Shown: one piece after another, positions 10,529 through 20,030 of the stretch | Numbering within the stretch: the stretch's first letter is position 1 | How the letters are laid out: every line of letters begins with the position of its first letter | Source: a virus | Lineage: Duplodnaviria > Caudoviricetes | IMG/VR virus record: IMGVR_UViG_2974704529_000001 | Location: 13,877-77,876 of that record | Length of the DNA stretch: 64,000 bases | Reading direction: 5' to 3' (one strand) | The notes under the pieces: model-generated | Seen by the model: only the letters and a program-made list of their open reading frames with translations | Database searches by the model: none | Told to the model about the DNA's origin: nothing | Program-made: the position numbers and the translations under genes

Positions 10529-11470
10529 GTGAAGCACGAAGCTGTATTGAGCACGATTCCCATGTCGCGGGGATCGGGATTTAAGTACGAATTGCGCGGT
10601 AAGCCGGGCGATTACTGGCCGGAGTCGGGCACCGCTTACGTGGTGTTTTACGAGTCGACGGGCGCGGTTATCGCAACCCTTGAGGGGACGGTTAAGCCGG
10701 AGCTGCTGCTGTTTGAGGCCGAGCCGCCAGAGGTTGAGTCCATTCCGCATGGTGCGGGGTTTGAGCTGTTCGTTACGCCGGATGAGACCGGAGTGCCGGT
10801 GATGGTTCGTTATGGGACGGTCACGCGTCGGGAGGTCCGGTTTCCGGATGCGCCTGCTACGGACGTTTCGGATACTGCGCTGCTCTATGCGGACGATATG
10901 CAGCGGACGATTCTTGGGCCTAGGTGGCGCAAGGTTGGCGGCAAGGCGGCGATTTACGACGACTGGATTTCGCTGCATCCTAAGCGCGCTATCGGTCCGG
11001 ACTTCGTTTTCTTTGACCGGGCGTCTGTGTTGTGGTTTGCGCCGCTGAATCTGGATTCGGTGACCGTCAATGTCAACATTGTTAACGCGGGTGCCGGTAA
11101 GTCGACGGTCGTTTTGGCGTCGGACTACAACATGACTTCATGGCTGGGAGTCCAGTTCGAGACGGGCATTTCCAATAACAAGTGGCACATCGTGGTCGGG
11201 CATTCGCCTCAGGGTGACGACTACGAGATTAAGGCCAGCGTTAACGCGAACTCGGACAACGGTAATAACGCGCTGATCAAGTTTAACCACGCTGCACGGC
11301 AGATTACGGCGTTCCGGAATAACGGCACTACGCCGGTTTTGACGTGGACCGATGAAACGGAGTCGCTGCCTATTGGTGACGGCTTCCGCTATACGGGGTT
11401 CTCTTGGATTTCGTCGTTGGCTGCTCGTGGTGCGTGTTTCTACGACTGGTGGGCTAAGGACGGTATTTAG
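10529..11470 (+). CDS. Minor tail protein (LtfC-like, lectin-like C-terminal domain)
   Basis: Two-domain layout typical of the last mycobacteriophage tail gene. Confidence 0.7.
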   Translation: MKHEAVLSTIPMSRGSGFKYELRGKPGDYWPESGTAYVVFYESTGAVIATLEGTVKPELLLFEAEPPEVESIPHGAGFELFVTPDETGVPVMVRYGTVTRREVRFPDAPATDVSDTALLYADDMQRTILGPRWRKVGGKAAIYDDWISLHPKRAIGPDFVFFDRASVLWFAPLNLDSVTVNVNIVNAGAGKSTVVLASDYNMTSWLGVQFETGISNNKWHIVVGHSPQGDDYEIKASVNANSDNGNNALIKFNHAARQITAFRNNGTTPVLTWTDETESLPIGDGFRYTGFSWISSLAARGACFYDWWAKDGI

Positions 11471-11473
11471 CAG

Positions 11474-12424
11474 ATGGCTTTTGTTAGCAGGTATGGAAAC
11501 TGGTATTCGGAGAACGGGTGGCGTATGTGTGACGCCAACGAGCTTGACCGGGGGGCGGTGCCGGGCACTTCGCTGGTGCTGCCTATCCGGAAGGGTGTTG
11601 CCAACCTGATCCTTAAGGGTTGGGTGGCGTGGTTTCACCGCAATGTTGAGTCGTTGAATAACGCTCGCGGTTTCAGTGATGAGGGCGCGTGGACGCCGAC
11701 TAATGACGTGGCGAACTCGAATCACCTGTCAGGTACGGCGGTTGACCTTAACTGGTCGGACCACGCCTTTCGGGTGTCGTATTCGGGGTTCACTCAGGCG
11801 GAAATTAATAAGGTCCGTGAGGGTCTAAAGCTGTTTGAGGGGACGATCTGGTGGGGCCAGGACTGGAACTCGCCTAAAGATCCGATGCACTTTCAGCTTA
11901 ACTACGGCGAGGGTGACGCGCGGAACGCGGCTTTTGCTACGAAGTTGCAGAACGGATATCTGAATATCTGGTCTGGCGGCGGTGGGGTCATTGAGCCTCC
12001 GGCGGGCGTGGATGACATTTACGCGGAGCTGGGCGATTCGGGCGACCGGGTTAAGCGTTTGCAGCAGTTCTTTAACGACAACTTCAAGAGCTATTCGCGG
12101 CTTGAGGTCGACGGCGATTTCGGACCGGCGACTAAGGCTGTGGTTGTCGAGTTTCAGAAGCGGGTTGGTGTTCTGGCTGACGGAATCGTCGGGCCGGTCA
12201 CGTTGGCCGCAATGGTGAAGCACGGCTTTAAGACTGAGAGTGGGGTGAAGGTGGCGAATCTGCCTGAGGATTGGACGGACCGTCAGGTCATTAACGATAT
12301 CTGGGAGCAGTTGCGCGGTCCGGACGGTAAGGGCTGGGAGCGGCTAGGGAAGAACGCTAAGGGCGAGAATCTTTCGCTGGTCGACGCCATTGCCGAGGTT
12401 AAGAAGCGTCTAGAGGCGGCCTAA
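11474..12424 (+). CDS. lysA: Endolysin (lysin A): M15-type Zn peptidase plus peptidoglycan-binding domain
   Basis: SNHLSGTAVDLN and DPMHF motifs; DGDFGPAT...DGIVGP peptidoglycan-binding repeat. Confidence 0.9.
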   Translation: MAFVSRYGNWYSENGWRMCDANELDRGAVPGTSLVLPIRKGVANLILKGWVAWFHRNVESLNNARGFSDEGAWTPTNDVANSNHLSGTAVDLNWSDHAFRVSYSGFTQAEINKVREGLKLFEGTIWWGQDWNSPKDPMHFQLNYGEGDARNAAFATKLQNGYLNIWSGGGGVIEPPAGVDDIYAELGDSGDRVKRLQQFFNDNFKSYSRLEVDGDFGPATKAVVVEFQKRVGVLADGIVGPVTLAAMVKHGFKTESGVKVANLPEDWTDRQVINDIWEQLRGPDGKGWERLGKNAKGENLSLVDAIAEVKKRLEAA

Positions 12425-13395
12425 TGCCGCTACAGGTCGGCTCGCAGGGCGAGCTAGTTAACCAGTGGGTCCGGACGATGAACAAGCGGTTTTCGTCTTA
12501 CTCGCGCGAGAAGGATGGAACTCCGCTTAAGGTCGACGGCTATTTCGGTTATCCGGACCGTGACGTTCAGCGGGAGTATGAGCGGCGCACAAATCAGGTG
12601 CAGGACGGCATCGTTAGCGATGGCGACTTGGCGGCGCTGGGGTTGATTGCGACTCCACCCGCCGAGGAGCTGCCGGTCCTGTTTACGGTCAGCGGGACGT
12701 TCGCGGACATGTGGTCGGGCTATCCGGCGGACGTTGCTCGCGCGCTGGCGGGCGTCTACTACTGGCAGCCGGTCAACTATCCGGCGGCGGCATTCCCGAT
12801 GGAGCCGAGCGTCAATGAGGGTGTCCGTGAACTGATCAGCCTGATTAACAAGATGCGGCCAGGCCGGAAGTTCGCGCTGTGTGGTTACAGCCAGGGCGCA
12901 ATCGTGTGCTCGCTGGTGCTGATTGAGATTCTGTTCGGCAGCTTGTCGCACCGTAAGGACGACCTGCTGGGCGGCTCGATGTTCGGTAACCCGATGCGGC
13001 AGGGCGGGGTGTCGTTCCCTGGCGGGCGTGATCCTGGCGGGCGCGGTATCGCGCTGGAACAGCTCAAGGTGACGCCGCCGAATTGGTGGGAGTACGCGGA
13101 CCCTGACGACATTTACACGGCCACGCCTGCGGGTGCTGGGGGAGAGGAAATGTCCTCAATCTATGCCGTGGTGATGGACCCGCTTAAGGGTGCGCCGAAG
13201 TTGATTTGGCAGATTTGGGAGCTTTTGGCTAACCCGGCTGCGGAGGCACCGGCGCTTGTTAAGGCAATCGTGCTGGGGCTTAAGTTCGCGGGCACTCGGA
13301 CGGCTGCGCATGTGGAGTACCACATTCGCCAGGCCACGCCGGGGACCACGTATTTGCAGCACGCAATCAATCATTTACGAAGCATTAAGGGGTAA
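12424..13395 (+). CDS. lysB: Lysin B (mycolyl-arabinogalactan esterase, cutinase-like)
   Basis: GYSQGA nucleophile elbow; FGNPMR; N-terminal DGYFG peptidoglycan-binding motif. Confidence 0.9.
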   Translation: MPLQVGSQGELVNQWVRTMNKRFSSYSREKDGTPLKVDGYFGYPDRDVQREYERRTNQVQDGIVSDGDLAALGLIATPPAEELPVLFTVSGTFADMWSGYPADVARALAGVYYWQPVNYPAAAFPMEPSVNEGVRELISLINKMRPGRKFALCGYSQGAIVCSLVLIEILFGSLSHRKDDLLGGSMFGNPMRQGGVSFPGGRDPGGRGIALEQLKVTPPNWWEYADPDDIYTATPAGAGGEEMSSIYAVVMDPLKGAPKLIWQIWELLANPAAEAPALVKAIVLGLKFAGTRTAAHVEYHIRQATPGTTYLQHAINHLRSIKG

Positions 13396-13399
13396 TCCA

Positions 13400-13867
13400 T
13401 TGTTGATTTATGACGAGCAAGTGCCGGTGTTGGACGACACGTTTGAGGGCGACGAGGTTGCGCTACTAGCGGTGCGTGGTGGCCGGGTGGATCGGCATTT
13501 CCGCCGGAACTACGCATGGGCTAAGCACGCTGCCGACCGGGGCCAGCTAAAGAAGATCGTTGTGAAGGTCGGGGTCACTAAGGACTCATGGGTTCACACG
13601 GTGGGTGCGGTCATGTCGGCCCTATCGGGCCAGCGGTTGCATCCCTTGGCGGCTTTCAATGTGGACTCGGACGTTCGGGATATCGGCGGCGACAAGCTAA
13701 CGCAGGTATTGGAAGCGCTTAAGGAGCTGGCACCTAAGCCAGCGGCCTTCATGGCTTCGGATGCCGACGTTAAGGCTCTTGTGCGGGCACAGAACGCGCA
13801 GGCGAAGAATGCGCCCAAGCCGGGGCCTAAGAGTGATGCGACTAAGGACGTGAAGGACGGTGAGTAA
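13400..13867 (+). CDS. Degenerate GH25-like protein in the lysis cassette
   Basis: TTG start after an AAGGGG RBS; DRHFRRNYAWAKHAADRGQL resembles the GH25-type domain of mycobacteriophage lysins. Confidence 0.6.
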   Translation: MLIYDEQVPVLDDTFEGDEVALLAVRGGRVDRHFRRNYAWAKHAADRGQLKKIVVKVGVTKDSWVHTVGAVMSALSGQRLHPLAAFNVDSDVRDIGGDKLTQVLEALKELAPKPAAFMASDADVKALVRAQNAQAKNAPKPGPKSDATKDVKDGE

Positions 13868-14121
13868 TGAAGATTCTCGGGCACAAGCCGAGCGAGATTC
13901 GGAAGTCAATTGCGGGGTTCGCGGCTGCCCTGTTGGTACTGCTAGTGGCGTTGCCTGTGGCCGGTCTACCGGTAGGTGTTGCGGCTGTAGTGGCGACTGT
14001 GACGGCCTTCCTGACGGGTGTGAGCGTTTATCTCGCTAAGCCCAATGTGGCTGCGGTAATTGATGGGCTGGACGTGATTGATCCACCTGTCGAATACCCA
14101 CCATTTATTGAGAAGTCATAG
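13867..14121 (+). CDS. Holin
   Basis: Two transmembrane helices, RKSIAG motif, position after the lysins. Confidence 0.8.
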   Translation: MKILGHKPSEIRKSIAGFAAALLVLLVALPVAGLPVGVAAVVATVTAFLTGVSVYLAKPNVAAVIDGLDVIDPPVEYPPFIEKS

Positions 14122-14123
14122 CG

Positions 14124-14546
14124 ATGCCGGAGACGGGCGAGTGGATTGGGGTGCTGGTCACTAACTGGCCTGAGCTTGCAGTGATTGCCAGCTTAGTGTT
14201 CGGCGTTTATATGATCGTTCGTTTCCTGGCGGGCACCTTTGAGTCGTTTAGTAGGGCGCTAGGGCCGGTGGGTCGATTCCTCCGTGCCCAGCGCGCTATT
14301 AACAAAGCTGAATCAGACGACATGCGGAAGCGGATTGCGTATCTGGACAACCGGGTAACGAAAATGCTTTACCGCGACCAGTGTTATTTCGCGTACGTGT
14401 TGGCTGACACGGAGTGGCATCGCAGGCATGAGCTTAAGGCGGCGGCACTTGGTTGGGTGTTTGAGCCGCACGTTTCATTCCTTGAGTTCCGCGACACGTG
14501 GATGCGCGAGCGTGGACTAGATAAGGAATTGGAAATTTGGAAGTAA
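14124..14546 (+). CDS. Membrane protein of lysis cassette
   Basis: N-terminal transmembrane helix plus coiled segment; follows the holin. Confidence 0.7.
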   Translation: MPETGEWIGVLVTNWPELAVIASLVFGVYMIVRFLAGTFESFSRALGPVGRFLRAQRAINKAESDDMRKRIAYLDNRVTKMLYRDQCYFAYVLADTEWHRRHELKAAALGWVFEPHVSFLEFRDTWMRERGLDKELEIWK

Positions 14547-14803
14547 CGGTTTACTCACCAGCGACCGCTTGCACAGGCTGTATGGCAACGAAGCTTGCTC
14601 TTAAGAACGCGGCTATTCCGTTTACGGCTGTAGTGGCCTCTGACGATCAGGTAGAGAAGTTTAAGGCGGATGGGCACGCGTCGTTCCCCGTCGTCATCGT
14701 TGATTGTGGCGATGGCGCTACGTGGACGTGGAGCGGTTACCGCCATGGCGACATTAAGCGACTTAAGGATTTGCGGCAGGAACAGACGCCTTTGGCGGCT
14801 TAA
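14537..14803 (+). CDS. NrdH-like glutaredoxin
   Basis: VTVYS...CTGC...K; PVV; WSGYR. Confidence 0.85.
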   Translation: MEVTVYSPATACTGCMATKLALKNAAIPFTAVVASDDQVEKFKADGHASFPVVIVDCGDGATWTWSGYRHGDIKRLKDLRQEQTPLAA

Positions 14804-14809
14804 ATAGAC

Positions 14810-14866
14810 TCGGGCACTCGCGCTCCCCTCTTTCCCCTGGGGTTGAGCGCGGGTGCCCGTCTTTTT
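14810..14866 (+). terminator. Intrinsic terminator between convergent operons
   Basis: CGGGCACTCGCGCTC pairs with GAGCGCGGGTGCCCG, followed by TCTTTTTT. Confidence 0.75.
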
Positions 14867-14872
14867 GTGTCT

Positions 14873-15220
14873 CTAGCAGTATCCGCAGTTGCAGTCGTTC
14901 GGTGACCGGCTGGATATCGTCATCACGTCGATGTGCCGCCCGAAGGCCACCGGCTGGTCGATCTTGGCCGGTGGGAACTTGCCGTATATGCCGTCCTCGA
15001 ATCCATCTAGGGTCCGCTGGTGTTGCCAGTCGGCCCGCTCGATGAGCGCCTGGTCTCGCTTGGCCCGTTCTGCCGCCTGAGCGTCCTGCCGCCGAACGAT
15101 CCTCATAGCGATGCGGTAAGCCAGCCAGACGACCGTTACGCCCAGCAGAAGCGGCCACACAACTTTGACCACTAGAACTATCACAACAGCGATAGCCAGC
15201 CAGACGACGAACTCACTCAT
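14873..15220 (-). CDS. Membrane protein
   Basis: Two N-terminal hydrophobic helices. Confidence 0.65.
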   Translation of the reverse strand: MSEFVVWLAIAVVIVLVVKVVWPLLLGVTVVWLAYRIAMRIVRRQDAQAAERAKRDQALIERADWQHQRTLDGFEDGIYGKFPPAKIDQPVAFGRHIDVMTISSRSPNDCNCGYC

Positions 15221-15225
15221 GAGAC

Positions 15226-15558
15226 TTAGGCTCCCTTCGCGTATATGGACGCTTCGTATTCGGGGCAGTAGTAGGCGACCGCGCCGCTAAGGATGCCGAC
15301 CGCCAGGGCCTTGTCCCCTAAAAGGTTGGTGTCGTCAGCCAAGATGTCTCGCCATGACGCGCCGTCCGCCAGTTGGGCGCACCGCGACTGAGCGATGGGG
15401 ACGGCCATGTTGCAGTTAACGTTGCGCCCCGTCTGCCCGGTCACGTAGGTACAGAACTCGTAGTCGTCCTGCGGCGCGGCGGCGGCTTGCGGGGCGCTTA
15501 GGACGCTGAGCGCAAGGGCTGCAAGCCCCACAAGCGCGCGTGCGTGTCGATTAACCAT
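15226..15558 (-). CDS. Secreted DUF732-like protein
   Basis: Signal peptide (APQAAA); C...C and AVAYYCP motif. Confidence 0.7.
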   Translation of the reverse strand: MVNRHARALVGLAALALSVLSAPQAAAAPQDDYEFCTYVTGQTGRNVNCNMAVPIAQSRCAQLADGASWRDILADDTNLLGDKALAVGILSGAVAYYCPEYEASIYAKGA

Positions 15559-16244
15559 TGGTCGATCTTGGCCCGGTTAGGTTCGTCTGGCAAGGAAGTC
15601 GTAGCTTCCGCGCGCTGGATCATGTCGCGCCAGTCTGCGATGTCCTCTAGCACTTGCGACTGGGCGACCTCGCCGTTGCGGATGCTCAGCAGGTAGTCCC
15701 GGCGCAGCTCCATCATGGGCATCTGCATTTCGCCGCTGACCAGCATTTCGTGGCCCTGCATGAGGAGCCGGAGCGCATGGAACGCGGCCTTAGTGTCGTA
15801 GCCGTGGGCCTCAATTAGCTCGGGCCGGTTGGTGCGCGGCGCGCGTTCGCCGGTTAGCCGGGCGGACATGGAGTCTGCGTATCCCATGTGCCGGGCAGCT
15901 AACCGCTTGCTAAGGAACATCTGCCGGTTCTCTTGGAGCCTGATCATGTCAGGGAAAATCAGGTTAGGCGTGAACAGTAGGGTCATGACCGTAGGGTTGC
16001 CCTGGCAAACGAGGCTCACATATTTGCGCAGCCCGTAAAACTGCGTCTCGGAGTCCCCGGCCTCACTCTTAACACCTTCGGGCTTGTCGCGCCTACGCAC
16101 GGCCCCGACCTGCGGCTTAAGTCCGATTAGCGCTTCTGGCGGATCGGGATAGATACCGATGTAGTCATGGTCGGAGTCCTCACGGTTTAGGCCGTGGGCA
16201 AACGATCCAATCTCGCCAATGATCAATGGCTTTATCTCAGCCAC
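15498..16244 (-). CDS. Pol-beta-like nucleotidyltransferase (RlaP/PF10127-like)
   Basis: GSFAHGLNREDSDHDYIGIY catalytic motif; GNPTVMTLL; YDTKAAFHALRLL. Confidence 0.8.
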   Translation of the reverse strand: MAEIKPLIIGEIGSFAHGLNREDSDHDYIGIYPDPPEALIGLKPQVGAVRRRDKPEGVKSEAGDSETQFYGLRKYVSLVCQGNPTVMTLLFTPNLIFPDMIRLQENRQMFLSKRLAARHMGYADSMSARLTGERAPRTNRPELIEAHGYDTKAAFHALRLLMQGHEMLVSGEMQMPMMELRRDYLLSIRNGEVAQSQVLEDIADWRDMIQRAEATTSLPDEPNRAKIDQWLIDTHARLWGLQPLRSAS

Positions 16245-16330
16245 ATTCCCCCCTTAAACAAAGCTAACCCCGGTTGGCGCTCCACCCTCCCAAGAGGAGC
16301 GGCCAGCCGGGGCCAGCGGTCTTTGCGCCG

Positions 16331-16798
16331 TTAAGGCTCTCCCGCTGCCGAAAACTGCGGGTCGTCTTTCTTCTGAGCCGGTGCAGCTTTCTTAGCTGGC
16401 GCGGCTTTCTTGGCCGGTGCCGGTGCGGCCTCTTTGATTTCGTCGCCCGTAGGTGAGCCAGCGGCTTTCCAAGCCCGAATGACACCTGCGGAGACGCGGC
16501 CACGGTCGGACACTTCGTGTCCGTTGACCTGCGCCCACTTGCGAACGTCTGCGAGTGGCAAGCCCGGTTCCCCGCCGGAGAACGTGTTCTTGCTGCTAGA
16601 GCGCTTGCGACCGGTTTCCTTGCCGACCCGCGAGGCAACTTCCAGCCACTTCTCCAAGTCCTTGTCGAACTGCTTAGCGTTCTTCTCGGACAGGTCCAGG
16701 TGGTAGTTAACCCCGTTGACGGAGAAGTCGCGTTCCGCCTCCGCTTCCAGCTCCGGCTCGTAGTCATCGAACAGTGTGACTGTTACCCGCTTACCCAT
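16331..16798 (-). CDS. lsr2: Lsr2-like nucleoid-associated protein
   Basis: YHLDLSEKNA dimerisation domain; VRKWAQVNGHEVSDRGRV DNA-binding motif. Confidence 0.9.
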   Translation of the reverse strand: MGKRVTVTLFDDYEPELEAEAERDFSVNGVNYHLDLSEKNAKQFDKDLEKWLEVASRVGKETGRKRSSSKNTFSGGEPGLPLADVRKWAQVNGHEVSDRGRVSAGVIRAWKAAGSPTGDEIKEAAPAPAKKAAPAKKAAPAQKKDDPQFSAAGEP

Positions 16799-16842
16799 TT
16801 CGGTGTCCCTTCGGTTTCGTGTTTCGGGTATGTGCTGCGTAC

Positions 16843-16872
16843 ACAGTAAGCACCCTAATCATTATCCGTCAA
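16843..16872 (-). promoter_or_regulatory. Putative SigA promoter for the lsr2 operon
   Basis: TTGACG-18-TACTGT on the minus strand. Confidence 0.5.
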
Positions 16873-16874
16873 CT

Positions 16875-17276
16875 TCATCTGAGCGGATTAGTCGCTAACT
16901 GCACAACGAACAGGACGAACATGGTTAGGACCACAGCCGCGACGATACCGCCGATGATGAGCTGAGTAGGCGTTACGCGCCGGTAGAGCGGGACGCGCTT
17001 AACGACGGCTTTGGACCAGGCCAGTTCAAGCTGGCTGATGTCCGCCGCAAGCTGCTTGTACTTCGCTTCATGCTGCTGAAAGTAAGGCCGAGGGCTGACG
17101 AGGGGATCACGTTTCCAGTTGTCGAGCGCGAGCCTGTAGCGGTCGAGAGCGTCGTTCGCTTCCCGTAGCGCCAATGCGCGCGCCCGCAGGGACGGGTCTC
17201 GTTGCAATGCCGCGATGAACGGGGGCGGGTTCGTGGTGCTCATGCGCGCGTGTCTCCTACCGGACTTAGTAACCAC
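16875..17276 (-). CDS. Membrane protein
   Basis: C-terminal transmembrane helix; the real start may be the internal MSTT. Confidence 0.6.
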   Translation of the reverse strand: MVTKSGRRHARMSTTNPPPFIAALQRDPSLRARALALREANDALDRYRLALDNWKRDPLVSPRPYFQQHEAKYKQLAADISQLELAWSKAVVKRVPLYRRVTPTQLIIGGIVAAVVLTMFVLFVVQLATNPLR

Positions 17277-17557
17277 TAGTTATGAGGACTGTTCACTTAC
17301 TCAACGTGAGTTGCGTTAGAGCGTGATTAGAAGATTTCGTTTAAAGACCCAATGCCCAAGGTGACGTTTAGCGGGTTGTTGTCGTTGCTTGGCAGGGGAA
17401 CGCTACTAGCGAGTGTCCTGTACTAGAACAGCAGGAATTTCGCAAATTATGGAAATATTAAAGAAAACCCACAGGGTTCCCACAGGGGTGGAGGGTTGCC
17501 CAGACATGTCCGCAGGTGTACCGGTCGCGGCGCTCCGACCAGGGCTGATCCGGCTCT

Positions 17558-17758
17558 TAGTTGATACTTTTGTTGATACCTCGGAGCAAAACACCCTCTG
17601 ACCTGCGTGTTCTTAACCTCACATGAGGATTAAAAGTCCGTAGGTATACCCCCTGCACGCCTGGGTGTATGGTGTCAAACATGCAGCTAAGGCGGGTTAA
17701 GAGCCTCTAGAGGACTCAGGATGACTCACCCGTAGTTGATACCTGTAGTTGATACCTG
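17558..17758. mobile_element. attP: attP region: core matching the tRNA-Lys(TTT) anticodon arm plus arm-type repeats
   Basis: 17627-17643 reverse complement is CTACGGACTTTTAATCC. Paired GTTGATAC repeats at 17560/17572 and 17735/17748 flank it, immediately upstream of the integrase. Confidence 0.8.
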
Positions 17759-17780
17759 GGCACCGCGAGAGGGGCGAAAC

Positions 17781-19082
17781 GTGGCCGACGAGCCGAAGAA
17801 AAATAAGAGGCGCGCGAAGGGCGATGGAGGGCTGTACGAGGACGCGAACGGGTTGCATGTCGGCATCGTCTGGGTGACCGGTCCGGACGGCAAAAAGAAG
17901 CAGAAGCGGGTAGCCAGCAAGAGCAAAGCGGAGGCTGCCGCGAAGCTGAACAAACTGCGCGCCGACGTGCTGGCCGGGAAGGTCGGAACGACGCCGGGGA
18001 AGGTCCGGACGGTGGGTGAGTGGCTGGACTACTGGCTGACCGTTAAGAAGCGCGAGGTTCGCCCGAAGTCCTACAAGAGCTACGAGAGCACCGCCCGGCT
18101 GTACCTCAAGCCTCATATCGGCCATATCCGGCTGGATAGGCTGACGGTCGCTCAGGTCCGCTCTATGCTCTCGGCGCTACAGGATGGGTCCGGAGACACC
18201 AAGGGGTCCACGCGGAACGCTGAGAAGGCGTACCAGGCGCTAAACAACGCACTCAGGCAAGCGGTCAACGAGTCCGCGATTCCACGCAACGTGTGCGATG
18301 CGATCAAGAAGCCGAAGCACCGGAAGCAACAGCGCGGCGCATTCGAGACGAACGCGGCGGTCCACATTCTGCGGACGGCGGCCAAGCGTGACGACGAGGA
18401 CGCACCCAAGCGGCCTAAGCTCGCGTCCCGGTGGGCGGCGGCGTTCATGACCGGCGCGCGGCAGGCTGAGCTGATCGGGTTGGAGTGGGATCGGGTCGAC
18501 ATAAAGAACGGCGTGCTGGATATCTCGTGGCAGTTGCAGCGGCTTTCGTATGAGCACGGCTGCGGGGAGCCTAAGGACGGCAAGTATCCGTGTGGCAAGG
18601 TTCGGGTCGGGTACTGCCCTGACCGGAAGTTCGTACCGCCTCCCGGCTTTGAGTACCGGCCTTGTCACCGGTCGCTGTTCTGGACGCGGCCTAAGACGTA
18701 CGCGGGGGAGCGGATTGTTCCGATGGCTCCGCTGCTCGCTGAGTCGCTTAAGGTGCATTCCCGGCTGGATACGGACCCGAACCCGTATGGGCTAGTGTGG
18801 CATCACCGTGACGGCAGGCCGTTAAGCCAAGAGGACGATAACGAGCAGTGGAACATGTTGATGGCTGCCGCCGGGATTGAGAAGCTGCCCCGGCAGGTGG
18901 TGCTGCATGAGGCGCGGAATACGGCGGCAACGATGCTCTTAGAGTCGGGTATCGACGCTAAGGTCATTCAGCAGATTTTGGGACATACGTCGATCTTGCA
19001 GACGCGGGAGTACCAGAGGGTCAGTTTGGAATTGGGCAAGAGCGCCGTTAGCAATGCTTTCGACGCTCTGCTGCCCGGTTAG
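17781..19082 (+). CDS. int: Tyrosine integrase
   Basis: ARQAEL (R), RPKT (K), HEAR, LGH and TREY (Y) motifs; GDGGLY N-terminal arm-binding domain; GTG start chosen after the GAGAGGGG RBS. Confidence 0.95.
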   Translation: MADEPKKNKRRAKGDGGLYEDANGLHVGIVWVTGPDGKKKQKRVASKSKAEAAAKLNKLRADVLAGKVGTTPGKVRTVGEWLDYWLTVKKREVRPKSYKSYESTARLYLKPHIGHIRLDRLTVAQVRSMLSALQDGSGDTKGSTRNAEKAYQALNNALRQAVNESAIPRNVCDAIKKPKHRKQQRGAFETNAAVHILRTAAKRDDEDAPKRPKLASRWAAAFMTGARQAELIGLEWDRVDIKNGVLDISWQLQRLSYEHGCGEPKDGKYPCGKVRVGYCPDRKFVPPPGFEYRPCHRSLFWTRPKTYAGERIVPMAPLLAESLKVHSRLDTDPNPYGLVWHHRDGRPLSQEDDNEQWNMLMAAAGIEKLPRQVVLHEARNTAATMLLESGIDAKVIQQILGHTSILQTREYQRVSLELGKSAVSNAFDALLPG

Positions 19083-19858
19083 ACTGCGCCGTCGAGCTGC
19101 TTGGGCGCGGAGGCTTTCTTGGCCCTGCGCTTAAGCGGCTTCTCGGCGCGGATGCGCTTCCACACGTGAGCTTTAAGGTGGCGCTGCTTGCGGGTCCACG
19201 ACAGGCTCATGGTGACCGTCCACAGGATGGCTGCGAGGACGGTGATTCGCCAGGGCCAGCGCCCCTCAGCTACCCCGATTGTGACGGGGGCGGCGAGCGC
19301 CAGGCCGGTGCCGATCAGGTAGAGGTTGGCGATTAGTGGCGAGCGTGGATCGGTTTGGCGGATGCGCCAGAACAACCAGCAGGTATGGGCAAGTAGCCAG
19401 ACGTACACCGTGATTGCAACCGGGGTAACGGCGGCATCGTTGTCGGTTACCCACAGTCCGATGATTGTTGGCGTGGTCACGGTGAGTGGGATGCCTACGT
19501 GGCTGTTGAGTAGCGCGTCTTTGTATAGGCGCGTCCACTCCATGCGTTCGATGAGTTCGCCGAGGAATACCGCGTAGCCGGTCATGAGCACGATGTGCCC
19601 GATAACGAACTGTGCGGGGATATGGCTGTAGCTGAATGTGTTGGGGGCCAGTGGGTTAAACACTGATAGCCAGGGCGATAGCAGGGCCAGGGCCGCGAGC
19701 ATGAGCGCGGCGCTGGCAGTGGTGCCCGTCTCCCATCGAATGCGCCAGGTATGTCGTCGTAGTACCTGGTTGGCGATTCCTACGGTGATCAGCGTCCACA
19801 TGAGCGCGTGGTCTACGAGGGAGGTTAGTTCGTTGGCAAGGTGGAACTGATCAAGCAT
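19079..19858 (-). CDS. Multi-pass membrane protein downstream of repressor
   Basis: About seven hydrophobic helices; basic C-terminal tail. Confidence 0.75.
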   Translation of the reverse strand: MLDQFHLANELTSLVDHALMWTLITVGIANQVLRRHTWRIRWETGTTASAALMLAALALLSPWLSVFNPLAPNTFSYSHIPAQFVIGHIVLMTGYAVFLGELIERMEWTRLYKDALLNSHVGIPLTVTTPTIIGLWVTDNDAAVTPVAITVYVWLLAHTCWLFWRIRQTDPRSPLIANLYLIGTGLALAAPVTIGVAEGRWPWRITVLAAILWTVTMSLSWTRKQRHLKAHVWKRIRAEKPLKRRAKKASAPKQLDGAV

Positions 19859-20030
19859 AGGGTCGTGCCTTTACGGGAGGGGCTGGACTCGCACGTATCT
19901 AGGCTGTGTTTCTGAGTCCGGTGGGAGGTGGAAACGGCTTGTGGCTCAGGCCGTTACAGGGAATGTACTGCCCTGTTACCCAGCCGTCAATGGCTGTTTT
20001 ACCTCCCAGCAACCTCCCGCAAAAAGCGCA

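Noticed and set aside
13256-13399. ORF-track start for the GH25-like gene
   Set aside because: It would overlap lysin B by 140 nt; the TTG at 13400 has a proper RBS.
17736-17780. ORF-track start for the integrase
   Set aside because: It runs through the arm-type repeats; the GTG at 17781 has an RBS.
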